Shown: positions 29,827 to 39,505, counted from the first letter of the stretch. The stretch is DNA of 64,000 bases from Thermodesulfobacteriota bacterium (GCA_965223335.1 OZ244991.1:1856001-1920000), one strand, 5' to 3'. The notes: generated by a model not told the origin, from the letters alone. Numbers and translations are program-made.

Positions 29827-31518
29827 CTATTTGTACTGATCCGTACGCATCTTTATGTGTGTACCGAACGGATCGGGATCCATGTAATCGGAAAACTGAT
29901 ATTTATAGCTTAACATCCTTATGTCCTTGGGTGTGATATCGCGGGGATCGGAGTGGTTTAAAATCTTTGTGATGTGGAGCATATCTTCGTGAAAACCGGA
30001 CAGGTAGTTATGGACCCTGGTGGACTTGTCTCCTATAGTAAGCCCATGCATCCTCCATTTGCTGTTGGTTGTGATGCCGGTGGGGCACTCGTTAGTGTGG
30101 CAGTGGAGCGACTGGATACAGCCGAGTGCAAGCATTACACCGCGCGCAGTGTCGATGATATCTGTGCCGTAAGCAAAAGCCATAGCAGCGTGCGCCGGGG
30201 TGAGCAGCCGCCCTGAGCTGCTGATTACAATATTGTCTCTTATCCGCGCTTCCTTTAGTTTTGTGTGTAGATAGGATGTGGTCTCTATACAGTTGCCGAA
30301 CCCTACATAGTTCAAAAAGATATTGTCGCCGGCACCGGTGCCACCGTCAGAGCCGTCGATCTGGATTGCGTCGGGCCAATCCCCATACTGCTTCATTATC
30401 TCTACCAAGAGGTCAATTTCCTCGAGCCTGCCGACACATAGTTTGATGCCTACTGGGAGCTCTGTGAGCTTGCGGATTCTAACTATAAAATCCAGGAGCT
30501 TAATAATAGAATCTTTTGGTGTGCTTGCGATAACCTCGGCGTGTTGAGAGGGGCTGAGTACCATTTTCCAGGGCTCAACCTTTCTGACCTCGGCGATCTC
30601 GGGTGTGACCTTGCGGGCCGGCAACACCCCGCCCATAGCAGGTTTGGCACCTTGTGTGATTTTTAGCTGTATCATGTGTATGTTGTCGTTGGTTCGCACT
30701 AAATCGACTAAAAGGTCTTCATCCAAAAACCGTGTCGGTGTGCCGTCGTTTAGGGTACCCTCTTTTCCCACACCATACTTGCCTGTGCCGATCTGAAACA
30801 CAACGTCGTTGCCTGCAACCCCGTGAGGGCCGTAGCCCCCCTCGCCACAGTTTACATAGGCGACTTCTTTGGCGCCTATGCTTAGGCACTCGGCGGCTTT
30901 CCAGTTTATCGAGCCGTAGCTCATACCCGAGATATTTACGGTATTTGTAACCTTGAAAGGCCTGACATCGGGTCTGCGCTCGCCTATGACGACCTCGTAA
31001 GACGGCTGATCGCAGTGTCCGGGGAAATTGCGGTGCAGTATATGGGCTAGAGTCGTGTTCTCGAGGTCAAAGGAGTCGAGCTCAGTGCCGAAGCTTGCAA
31101 TGGCTTTTAGGTTTTTGGCTTTTTGATACACATAGTCGCGCACAATACGGGGGATGGGTCTGCCGTCGGTGTTGGTCTCGTTGAAGTACTGTAGGTACTT
31201 GTCGCGGAATGTGTCTTCGAATAGATACCTTAACCTGCCCAAAGGCCCATATATGCGCACTATGGTTTTATCGTTTTGAATAAATAGCTCGCGGAGACTA
31301 AAGATGATCCCCGTTAGTACAAGTATGCCTAGAGTGTAATCGTACCGTTTTGTGTATACACCGACCGGGATAGATATAATAAGGAGCAAGATGCATATGG
31401 AATCTACCAAAATTTCCAATATAGAACGTTTGGTAAAGGGCACAAGCGCACTTGCCTTGTCGACTCTATTTATCTTCTCGATAAATTTTCTGCCCTTGCG
31501 CGATAACTTATAGCCCAT
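29827..31518 (-). CDS. Stand-alone FMN-binding glutamate synthase family protein with N-terminal TM helices
   Basis: ISGMSYGS, NCGEGG, QIGTGKYG, KITQGAKP..GG, IDGSDGGTGA, [3Fe-4S] motif CIQSLHCHTNECPTG. Confidence 0.9.
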   Translation of the reverse strand: MGYKLSRKGRKFIEKINRVDKASALVPFTKRSILEILVDSICILLLIISIPVGVYTKRYDYTLGILVLTGIIFSLRELFIQNDKTIVRIYGPLGRLRYLFEDTFRDKYLQYFNETNTDGRPIPRIVRDYVYQKAKNLKAIASFGTELDSFDLENTTLAHILHRNFPGHCDQPSYEVVIGERRPDVRPFKVTNTVNISGMSYGSINWKAAECLSIGAKEVAYVNCGEGGYGPHGVAGNDVVFQIGTGKYGVGKEGTLNDGTPTRFLDEDLLVDLVRTNDNIHMIQLKITQGAKPAMGGVLPARKVTPEIAEVRKVEPWKMVLSPSQHAEVIASTPKDSIIKLLDFIVRIRKLTELPVGIKLCVGRLEEIDLLVEIMKQYGDWPDAIQIDGSDGGTGAGDNIFLNYVGFGNCIETTSYLHTKLKEARIRDNIVISSSGRLLTPAHAAMAFAYGTDIIDTARGVMLALGCIQSLHCHTNECPTGITTNSKWRMHGLTIGDKSTRVHNYLSGFHEDMLHITKILNHSDPRDITPKDIRMLSYKYQFSDYMDPDPFGTHIKMRTDQYK

Positions 31519-31646
31519 GATTATCTATTCTAAACAAAAGTTAATTCATAGTGAAGGTCATATTTGATAAATATTAGGTCTGATCAAGTTCGTTCCCAAA
31601 ATATATGCCCCATTGTGAAATTGAGTGTATGTGTTAGTTGCTAAGA

Positions 31647-32567
31647 CTATGGTTGTGTGTCCGGCTTTAGGACCAGTACAGAGCAGGGTGAGTATGGGAT
31701 TACACGTTCGGTGACAGAGCCTAGAATGAAGTGCTTTATACCGGTGCGGTTGTGAGTGTTTAGTATGGTGAGATCGGTGTTGTTTTCCGTGGCGTAGTTA
31801 TTAATGGAGGCTGCGGGGTTAAGACCATGAATAACGCTCGCAGTAATATTTACATTATCAATAGCTGCTTTGTCCAGGCCGCTTTTTTGTTTTAGGCTCG
31901 CAACCCTCTTTTCCAACTCCTTTTGTGAAAGTTTGATCACGGAGTCAAGTGCTCCCGCGGGGATCTCTTGCGCATACATGTCTAGCCTAAGTGCGTATAC
32001 AACATGGATCTCGGCGTCTAATTTGGGTGCGATATCGAGTGCTGTGAGAAATGATGAGTCGATCTCTTCGGCGATATCCAGGGGCACAAGCAGTTTTTTA
32101 AGCCTGTGGTTTTTTTTCTCCCAGTCTCCTTTCACCGCGAGTACCGGTACACCTGATTGTTGGAGGACTTTGATCGTGGTGCTGCCTAGGAAAATGCTGT
32201 CTATTAGGCTATGGCCTCTTTTTCCTATCACTATGAGGTCAACCTTTTGTTTGTTTGCGTACTCAACTATCTTATCGGCCGGGATGCCTTTTAGGATTAC
32301 CCAATCGAACTCTATGCCGTCTTGCAATAGTTCATCTTTAAGAGCAATCATCGAGTTGCTGGCATTGGTTTCTACACTGTTTTTCCAATCTTCGAGATCG
32401 ATGTCTGATTCTCGCATCGACTGCAGCAACAGGTCCACAGGCAGGGGGATGACATGGAGGCCCTTAATGCTTGAGTTAAATGCCTTGGCAATATATGTAG
32501 AATATTTTAATGCACGCTCTGCTTCATCTGAACCGTCTGTTGCCCAAAGTATCGATTTGATGTCCAT
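31647..32567 (-). CDS. Tandem-domain universal stress protein
   Basis: ILWATDGS, DLIVIGKRG..FLGSTT..PVLAV; second domain LLVPLD..ILGSVTERV..CSVLV. Confidence 0.93.
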   Translation of the reverse strand: MDIKSILWATDGSDEAERALKYSTYIAKAFNSSIKGLHVIPLPVDLLLQSMRESDIDLEDWKNSVETNASNSMIALKDELLQDGIEFDWVILKGIPADKIVEYANKQKVDLIVIGKRGHSLIDSIFLGSTTIKVLQQSGVPVLAVKGDWEKKNHRLKKLLVPLDIAEEIDSSFLTALDIAPKLDAEIHVVYALRLDMYAQEIPAGALDSVIKLSQKELEKRVASLKQKSGLDKAAIDNVNITASVIHGLNPAASINNYATENNTDLTILNTHNRTGIKHFILGSVTERVIPYSPCSVLVLKPDTQP

Positions 32568-32748
32568 TAACCCGCCTCTTTAAATTCAGATTATGTGTTT
32601 AGCCGTATACGATTGTTGCAGTATTGTACACGATACACTATAAGATATTATTGTGTAGATTCATATTATTCAAATCAGTTGTATTTGTATACACTATATG
32701 GCTGTTGCGTGATGATGCGGTCGCTATATCCCGTCAAAGGAGGTTGTT

Positions 32749-32991
32749 ATGTCTGATTACGGCTCGCTCTATGAAATTGACAGCACCTATAATGCCGAGA
32801 GGGATGCGTACGAGGTTTCGATAGGGTATTTGGAGAAGGATAAAGATGTGCCGGGACGCATTATGAGTGTGAGGGTTATAGTGAATGTGGCTAATAAAAA
32901 AGATAGTAAAAAAAAGGTTTTGACAACTGCTCTAAGAAAGGCAAAGAAGATATTGGCATCAGCCTCTAAGGCAGAGTTTGATGACGAGTAA
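32749..32991 (+). CDS. Hypothetical protein (80 aa)
   Basis: AAGGAGG RBS; fills the gap between the divergent USP gene and the convergent K+ channel gene. Confidence 0.7.
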   Translation: MSDYGSLYEIDSTYNAERDAYEVSIGYLEKDKDVPGRIMSVRVIVNVANKKDSKKKVLTTALRKAKKILASASKAEFDDE

Positions 32992-33012
32992 AAAGGTTTA
33001 ACTCCCTATATA

Positions 33013-34008
33013 TTAACATGATGCAAGTTCTTCTAGGTCTTGCAGTTTTGTGGGTTCCCCGAGCGCAATTAACGTATCGCCGTCTTCTAATTTGGTATTA
33101 GATGTGGGATTAAACTGCATGGACCCTCCCGCCTTTTTGATAGCGACAATAATCACACCGAGCTTGTGTCCTATAGCGCACTGATCTAGCGTTTGATCGT
33201 GGAGCTTGGAGGTTTGGTTGACGACTATCTCTTCTAGCTGTAGTTCTAAGTTGCCGCTTTTAGTCGCAAACTCGATGAAGTCCACAACCGCGGGCTTGAC
33301 TATGGTGTTGGCAATGCGGATACCGCCTGTATGATAGGGGGATACAACGTTATCGGCGCCTGCGCGCTTTAACTTGCTTTCGGAGCCCTCATCGCTTGCG
33401 CGTGTTACTATGTGTAGGTCGGGGTTTAGTTCCCTGGCGCTTAGCACCAGGAACAGGTTCTCGGCATCTGTGGGGAGCACCGCTATAATTCCTTTGGCCC
33501 TGTCTATGCCGGCCTTCTTTAGCATATCGTCGCTATTGGCGTTACCCCCTACAATGAGTGTATCTTCCGAGTTGGGTATAGTGGGTGGATCGACCTCTAT
33601 TACTACAAAGCGTGTGCCTTTTGCCTTTAACTCGCGCCCAATGATACGGCCCATTCTGCCGTAACCGCAGATAATGTAATGATCCTTCATGTCATGTATT
33701 TTTTTCTCCATTCTCTTTCTCCCGATGATTTCTTGGAGTTCCCCCTCTATTATTATCCTAGCCTCTGTGCCTAGTATATAGAGGATTATTCCCACTCCGA
33801 CAATAATAAGCACTATGGTGAATATCTGCCCTGTATCGCTTAGGGGATAGACCTCGCCATAGCCTACGGTCGTGATCGAGATAACAGTCATGAAGAGGGA
33901 GTCTATGAAGTTCCAGCCCTCTATATACATGTAGCCGACCACGCCTACTGCATGTATAAACAGAATTAAAAATACTGATAGTAACAGTTTTTTTCTGATA
34001 ACTCTCAC
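33013..34008 (-). CDS. Potassium channel with RCK (TrkA-N/TrkA-C) domains
   Basis: Selectivity filter TTVGYGE between two TMs, ICGYGRMG, and a C-terminal TrkA-C domain. Confidence 0.95.
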   Translation of the reverse strand: MRVIRKKLLLSVFLILFIHAVGVVGYMYIEGWNFIDSLFMTVISITTVGYGEVYPLSDTGQIFTIVLIIVGVGIILYILGTEARIIIEGELQEIIGRKRMEKKIHDMKDHYIICGYGRMGRIIGRELKAKGTRFVVIEVDPPTIPNSEDTLIVGGNANSDDMLKKAGIDRAKGIIAVLPTDAENLFLVLSARELNPDLHIVTRASDEGSESKLKRAGADNVVSPYHTGGIRIANTIVKPAVVDFIEFATKSGNLELQLEEIVVNQTSKLHDQTLDQCAIGHKLGVIIVAIKKAGGSMQFNPTSNTKLEDGDTLIALGEPTKLQDLEELASC

Positions 34009-34120
34009 TCCCTCAAACAGTAGAAGGGTAAGACTATTTTACATCATTTATTTAAGAGGGTGGAGACAAAAGGCCTTAGAACTATCATTATTCTTTAACA
34101 TTTGTACAATAAATAGGAGT

Positions 34121-35164
34121 ATGGAGAGTCCGAGCATGAGAGCAATGGTATTACACAAAATCACCGATCTCGGCCAAAACCGGTCACCGCTTGTTTTGAA
34201 GGAGATCGCAAAACCCGGGGTTTCAGACAGAGAGATATTGATCAAGGTAAATGCATGCGGGGTGTGTCATACCGAGATCGATGAGATAGAGGGTAGAACT
34301 TCTCCCCGGTCTCTTCCCATGGTCCTGGGGCACCAGATAGCGGGTGTTGTGGAGTGCACCGGTAATAAAGCGGCCAAGTTTAATGAGGGCCAGAGGGTAG
34401 GGGTGGGGTGGATAAACTCATCTTGCGGGCAATGTAGGTTTTGTAAAGAGGGCAATGACAACCTGTGCGAGGGGTTTAGTGCCACGGGCCGCGACGCCCA
34501 GGGCGGTTATGCGGAGTATATGACCGTAGATGAGGACTATGCGTTTTTGCTGCCCGATAGGTACACGGACGCTCAGGCTGCGCCACTTTTGTGTGCGGGG
34601 GCAATAGGCTATAGGTCGATAAGATTGGCAGGAATCAAAAACGGCGAGCCCATTGGGCTTATGGGATTTGGGGCCTCGGGCCACCTTATGATGAAGATGC
34701 TCGGCAACACATACCCGGACTCAGAGGTCTATGTATTTGCGCGAAACCCCGATGAACGGGAGTTTGCGTTAGAGCTAGGTGCAGCGTGGGCAGGGGATAC
34801 AGAGGACACATCACCCAAGAAACTGAGCTCTATAATAGACACCACACCTGTGTGGAAGCCAGTTGTGGAGGGGCTTGGGAACTTGGAGAGAGGGGGAAGG
34901 CTTGTAATTAACGCGATCAGGAAAGAGGAAGTAGATAAAGATTATCTGCTCGGAATCGACTATGCCCGGCACATTTGGATGGAAAAAGAGATAAAGAGTG
35001 TGGCCAATGTGACCAGAGCGGATCTGAGAGAATTTTTAGAGTTAGCTGACAGTTATGATTTAACCCCGGAGGTGCAAACTTTTCCCTTAGAGGACGCCAA
35101 CAAAGCTATTTGTGAGCTCAAGTCCGGCAAGATAAGAGGTGCAAAAGTACTAATTATGGATTAG
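34121..35164 (+). CDS. Zinc-dependent alcohol dehydrogenase family protein (start may be ATG 34136)
   Basis: CGVCHTE, LGHQ, CGQCRFC-x7-C structural Zn site, APLLCAGAIGYR, GFGASG. Confidence 0.93.
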   Translation: MESPSMRAMVLHKITDLGQNRSPLVLKEIAKPGVSDREILIKVNACGVCHTEIDEIEGRTSPRSLPMVLGHQIAGVVECTGNKAAKFNEGQRVGVGWINSSCGQCRFCKEGNDNLCEGFSATGRDAQGGYAEYMTVDEDYAFLLPDRYTDAQAAPLLCAGAIGYRSIRLAGIKNGEPIGLMGFGASGHLMMKMLGNTYPDSEVYVFARNPDEREFALELGAAWAGDTEDTSPKKLSSIIDTTPVWKPVVEGLGNLERGGRLVINAIRKEEVDKDYLLGIDYARHIWMEKEIKSVANVTRADLREFLELADSYDLTPEVQTFPLEDANKAICELKSGKIRGAKVLIMD

Positions 35165-35187
35165 AGAAGCTTGTTCATATGCTCTAG

Positions 35188-36492
35188 TTAGCCGAACGGA
35201 TCGTCTAGTTCGGGGTGCCATAATTTGAAATGATCCTTATGTAAATCTGTATATGCCCCCTCATGATAATGCTTATCGTAGAAATCTAAGTCCAGGTGGT
35301 GGGCCTGGAACACAAGCCTTGCGAACATGGGGTCTAGGAATGCGGGGAACCTGCCGTAGTTCTCGTGTACATAGGCGCAGAAATCCTTCACAATCTGTAT
35401 GCGTTCTTCTTTGGGATGATATTCGTCTTCCAATATGCCCCGAGGGTCTTGGTAGGGGTAAGGGTTTTGCTCGTCCCAAAACAATCCGCGCTGCTCGAGG
35501 AATTTGTCCACAGCCTGGTCCATGTTGTTTACATAGGGCGGGCAAAGTGCCTCGAAAACCCCGTCTCTGCCGACCGGTACGGGGGCTTTTGTGCTCCGTA
35601 AACTGTTCTCCGGTGTAACGAACCTAAAACCAAGACCCTTGTACTCTGGGTTAACCCCTAGAGCATAGTGCGGGAGGAGACCTGTAAACGCCCATCCCCC
35701 GAGCCCTAGGGTCTGGAGTGCCAGGTTCATGTTCTGACATATAAAGGCCTGCTCGACATTTAGGGTGGTAAGCACCCTAAGCTCGAGGTCGAATAATGAC
35801 ATCTGGACGTCGTTGTGTATATATCCTTTTTTGATCCATTTATCGAGCCCGCAGGACCGCCCGCCGTTTAGCTCATCCACTATGTTAAAGCCGTACTTGG
35901 ACCCGAAATAGATAAACAGCAGAACCATGTACTCAATGGTTGTGTTGGTGACGGGTACAAAAAAAGTCGTGCCCGGTTGGTTTGCGTTCCACGAGTTGAA
36001 ATCGAAGAGCCCCGGTTCGCCTTTGGGCAGGTCGGCCCTCGAGTCCTCGAGCTTTATTAATGAGTTTCTAAAAAGCTCTTTTATCCTCTCGAGTTTTTCC
36101 TCATCGGATTTTCCCTGGAATAGAGAGGTCTCGCCCGGAGGGGGCATTTGATCGTGTAGTTTGACCATGTAGAGCCCGCTGTCGTTGGTGTAGAAGAGCT
36201 CTGTGGAATGGGAGTTGCACGAGCAGGGCCAGCTGCGCCCGGTCCATTGGAAGAGCCAGGAGATGCCAGTGCGGGGCAGGTCGCCCAGTGAGAGCCCCGT
36301 CATCCCGGTCCCAGCCCAGATCAAAAACGCCTCTTCGAGCTCGCTGAGCGGGACGGGTTTGTGTCTGGACTTATGCTTAAGTGTGCCGTCTTTTATCTCC
36401 ATACCCAGACCGAACCGTCTTGAGCGCCGGGTAAACACAGCATCCATAAACCCGAAGTTAAGGGCTTCGTCTAGGCCTTTCGGTATAGTCAT
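35188..36492 (-). CDS. Uncharacterised nitroreductase-superfamily (SagB/ThcOx-like) flavoprotein with large insertions
   Basis: RRSRRF, PLSELEEAFLIWAGTG, GRSWPCSCNSH..GLY, EQAFICQNMNLALQTLGLGGW. GAGGAG RBS supports ATG 36492. Confidence 0.6.
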   Translation of the reverse strand: MTIPKGLDEALNFGFMDAVFTRRSRRFGLGMEIKDGTLKHKSRHKPVPLSELEEAFLIWAGTGMTGLSLGDLPRTGISWLFQWTGRSWPCSCNSHSTELFYTNDSGLYMVKLHDQMPPPGETSLFQGKSDEEKLERIKELFRNSLIKLEDSRADLPKGEPGLFDFNSWNANQPGTTFFVPVTNTTIEYMVLLFIYFGSKYGFNIVDELNGGRSCGLDKWIKKGYIHNDVQMSLFDLELRVLTTLNVEQAFICQNMNLALQTLGLGGWAFTGLLPHYALGVNPEYKGLGFRFVTPENSLRSTKAPVPVGRDGVFEALCPPYVNNMDQAVDKFLEQRGLFWDEQNPYPYQDPRGILEDEYHPKEERIQIVKDFCAYVHENYGRFPAFLDPMFARLVFQAHHLDLDFYDKHYHEGAYTDLHKDHFKLWHPELDDPFG

Positions 36493-36642
36493 CAGATTCT
36501 CCTCTGCTTGGTAATTCGGTGGTAAATGCAAGTCTAATTAAGTGTGGGAAATCTTTCAAATTCATATTGGGCGCTACTATCGGCGGTTGTGTGCGAAGCT
36601 ATGTTTGATATGGGGGTAGTGGGGAAGAGACGGCGGGATCTG

Positions 36643-37092
36643 TTATGAATCTTTAGACCTGCAATCGCTGCAAACGCCATCTAGGAGGACCGAATAGCCT
36701 TTAACCTTGTATCCACCTACCATCTTGTCGGAAAGGTCGATAGAGGTCATTAGTTCTTCGTATACGTCCTCTACCTTTTTGCAATGGCTGCAAACGATGT
36801 GGTGGTGGGGCTCGACATTGGCGTCGTAACGCGCTGCGTTGTAGAGCACGTTTACAACAGAGATAAGTCCCAGTTTCTCAAAGGTCTCAAGGGTTCTGTA
36901 AACCGTTGTAAGAGATATGTTGGGGTAATAGTCTTTAATCTTTTTATATATGGTTTCGGTGCTTGGGTGCTGATCGGTGCTTGCGAGTTCTCTGTATATA
37001 GCTATGCGTTGAGGCGTGACTTTGAGTCCTAGCTCTTTACTGTGCACAATAAAATCACTAACGCGTTTTTCAATTAAATGTTGTTCCATCAT
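36643..37092 (-). CDS. Fur-family regulator, PerR-like
   Basis: TPQRIAI, HPSTETIY, SLTTVYRTL, RYD..HHHIVCSHC..VED, C-terminal CSDC. Confidence 0.92.
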   Translation of the reverse strand: MMEQHLIEKRVSDFIVHSKELGLKVTPQRIAIYRELASTDQHPSTETIYKKIKDYYPNISLTTVYRTLETFEKLGLISVVNVLYNAARYDANVEPHHHIVCSHCKKVEDVYEELMTSIDLSDKMVGGYKVKGYSVLLDGVCSDCRSKDS

Positions 37093-37224
37093 AATGGGTT
37101 ACTCGCTTATATTCTATATTATTCTGAGCCAAATTTCTACCCTCCCTAACGGTGTGTATCTTGTTTTTAAATGCTGTTTTATCTCTTTCTGTAAACTTTT
37201 CGTGTTCTCTGTTAATTTAATAGC

Positions 37225-37854
37225 ATGTCTACGATGGATGAGATCAGACGGCATAGGGTGTTTGCCGTTATAAGGGCCGATAGTAAATCCCGGGCTGTGG
37301 AGTGTGCAAGGGCTTGTGTGGAGGGCGGGATCAGGCTTGTTGAGATCACTTTTTCTTTTCCCGGGGCCCATCATGTTATGGAAGAGATATCGCATGAGAG
37401 CGGGGTAACCGTAGCGGCCGGTACGGTGCTTAACACCGAGATGGCAATAAGTGCTTTTGAGGCGGGGGTGCGTGTAATTGTGTCTCCCCACACCGACGCC
37501 GGACTCATTCGATTTACAAAAGAGCGTGGTTTGGTCTCTGTGGCGGGAGCACTCACATCCTCTGAGATTGTGAATGCGTTTAATATAGGGGCCGATATAG
37601 TAAAGGTTTTTCCCGTAAAATATGTCGGGGGCCCGGCCTATATAAAAGCGCTTAAAGAGCCTTTGCCCGAGATCGATGTGATGGTTACGGGAGGGGTCGG
37701 CAGAGATAACATAGTAGACTACCTCGATGCGGGTACGACGTGCATTGGACTGTCGACTGTGCTGCTGGGAGCCAAAAACGACCTCTCACCTGATCAGATT
37801 CGAGACAGGGCCAAAAACATTACACAAATCGTGAGGTCCTATAAAAACAGTTAG
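37225..37854 (+). CDS. eda: KHG/KDPG aldolase
   Basis: AVIRA, GGIRLVEITF, AGTVL, IVSPH, VKVFP, GGPAYIKAL, TGGV. Confidence 0.9.
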   Translation: MSTMDEIRRHRVFAVIRADSKSRAVECARACVEGGIRLVEITFSFPGAHHVMEEISHESGVTVAAGTVLNTEMAISAFEAGVRVIVSPHTDAGLIRFTKERGLVSVAGALTSSEIVNAFNIGADIVKVFPVKYVGGPAYIKALKEPLPEIDVMVTGGVGRDNIVDYLDAGTTCIGLSTVLLGAKNDLSPDQIRDRAKNITQIVRSYKNS

Positions 37855-37871
37855 TCCTCTCTTTTTATTTA

Positions 37872-37935
37872 CCCCCCTCTCTCCTTGTTCGCCCCCCATT
37901 CCTTATTCCCCCCCCCCTCTACCCCGGTCAATCCC
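37872..37935. repeat. Poly-C tract cluster (C6, C6, C10, C4, C3); putative G-quadruplex on the minus strand
   Basis: C-runs at 37872-77, 37892-97, 37908-17, 37922-25 and 37933-35. Confidence 0.6.
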
Positions 37936-37999
37936 TCGACTGAAACCATATCTACCAATAGAGGTTTAATAGAACATAGGAGTTAACCGGATCCAGGAG

Positions 38000-39424
38000 G
38001 TGGTAGTAATGTTAAAACAAACAATAGCACTAGTAGCAATAATCATATCAATTGTTTTTGGCGGTTTTATATCGTACGGACCCCAAGCCTATGCGGCCCA
38101 TGACTATTATGAATTGGATAATTTTTATGAGCCACTTACACCTTATGGAGAGTGGGTATCTATGGAACCATATGGCAGTGTTTGGTACCCGACACAGGTA
38201 GGCCCGCAGTGGAAGCCATATACCTATGGGAAATGGGCATGGTCAGATAGTGGCTGGCTTTGGGTCTCGTATGAACCATGGGGCTGGGCTACGTATCATT
38301 ATGGCAGATGGATAATGGACAGCTACTATGGATGGGTGTGGATACCGGGGAATGTGTGGGGCCCGGCCTGGGTAGAGTGGTACGACAGCCCGGGCTATGT
38401 GGGATGGTCGCCGCTTGCACTCACACCTCGTTTTTATATCGAAATCGGCCTTAATATAGGCCACTACAACAAATATAGACATAGGCACCATCACCATCAC
38501 AAACACCATCATCATAAACACCGTAAGCACAAAAAGCACCGCTACTACAACGACGGCTACTACTACGGATCTAAGTATGCGAAAAAGAACATTGTATATG
38601 TACCTAAGGACAAGTTCGCCGGTTCAAATGTAAAGCTTGTGTCGGTCCCCGATAAGCATAATTTTACGGTCCTACGAAATAGCCGTAGGCACCATAATAA
38701 AAACCATCATTATTACAAGCACGGGCCTAAAAAAAGGGCGGTGGAAGGTTTTAGTAAACACCGCGTGGACAAGGTGCGTGTAGTGGACAGTAAGCCCAGG
38801 CGTGTGAGAGGGAAATACCGCGCTAACTATATCAAGGGCGATAACTATTACCTGTACAAACCGAAGGTAAAGAGGTTTGATCGAAGCCGTGACTACAAGC
38901 CCTACGACGGTAACAGGAAAGAAAAAAGGCAAAGAGATGTAGAGCGTCATCACACTAAATTTGAGAACCCGAGAAGGATTGAGAAACACGGTAGGTATAA
39001 GGACACTCAAAGGACAAAAACCGGTTTTGATCGAAGTTCAATGCCACGGGAGTACAAGAGATATAAGCCCGAGCGGAGAGATTACAAGCCCCATGGCTAT
39101 AAGCAACATAAGCCGAGAAAACAGTCCGATCATAGAATCCGAAACGAGAGAGTGCGGAATGAGAGCTATCAAAAGGATAGGGAGCATAAGTACAGATCGG
39201 ATAGAAAGAAATATGACAAAGCAGCTGAATATAGGTCAGAGAAAAGGGATTACAAAACTAAGTATAAGAAGCGTGATTATGACGGCGAGAGATATAACAA
39301 ATATTACGATAAACCCTCATACAAATACTCTAAATCCGACCGGTATCAGGTAAAGAACGGCAACTCGTTTAACCCCGACAATCACAAAAGAAAAAGACGT
39401 AAACACCGCAGAAGCAAGCATTAA
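38000..39424 (+). CDS. Secreted DUF6600-like Trp/Gly/Pro-rich protein with a poly-His segment and an Arg/Lys/His/Tyr/Asp-rich low-complexity tail
   Basis: Signal peptide ending AYA; FYEPLTPYGEW..WKPYTYGKW..WVSYEPWGWATYHYGRW..WGPAWVEW..GWSPL; HRHHHHHKHHHHKHRKHKKH. SD-like AGGAG and GGAGG precede the alternative starts GTG 38000 and ATG 38009. Confidence 0.75.
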   Translation: MVVMLKQTIALVAIIISIVFGGFISYGPQAYAAHDYYELDNFYEPLTPYGEWVSMEPYGSVWYPTQVGPQWKPYTYGKWAWSDSGWLWVSYEPWGWATYHYGRWIMDSYYGWVWIPGNVWGPAWVEWYDSPGYVGWSPLALTPRFYIEIGLNIGHYNKYRHRHHHHHKHHHHKHRKHKKHRYYNDGYYYGSKYAKKNIVYVPKDKFAGSNVKLVSVPDKHNFTVLRNSRRHHNKNHHYYKHGPKKRAVEGFSKHRVDKVRVVDSKPRRVRGKYRANYIKGDNYYLYKPKVKRFDRSRDYKPYDGNRKEKRQRDVERHHTKFENPRRIEKHGRYKDTQRTKTGFDRSSMPREYKRYKPERRDYKPHGYKQHKPRKQSDHRIRNERVRNESYQKDREHKYRSDRKKYDKAAEYRSEKRDYKTKYKKRDYDGERYNKYYDKPSYKYSKSDRYQVKNGNSFNPDNHKRKRRKHRRSKH

Positions 39425-39505
39425 ATAAATAGAACAAGTGAAAATTCATCTGACATTTCTTTCCTCTTTGTTATTTTTTGTTGATGAATCAGGCACCCTA
39501 TAGCT

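Noticed and set aside
31870..32583. 237-aa plus-strand ORF
   Set aside because: It is an antisense shadow of the USP gene with no motifs.
38961..39353. 130-aa alternative-frame ORF inside the basic tail gene
   Set aside because: It is explained by low-complexity purine-rich codons. The main frame is uninterrupted and I saw no slippery site.
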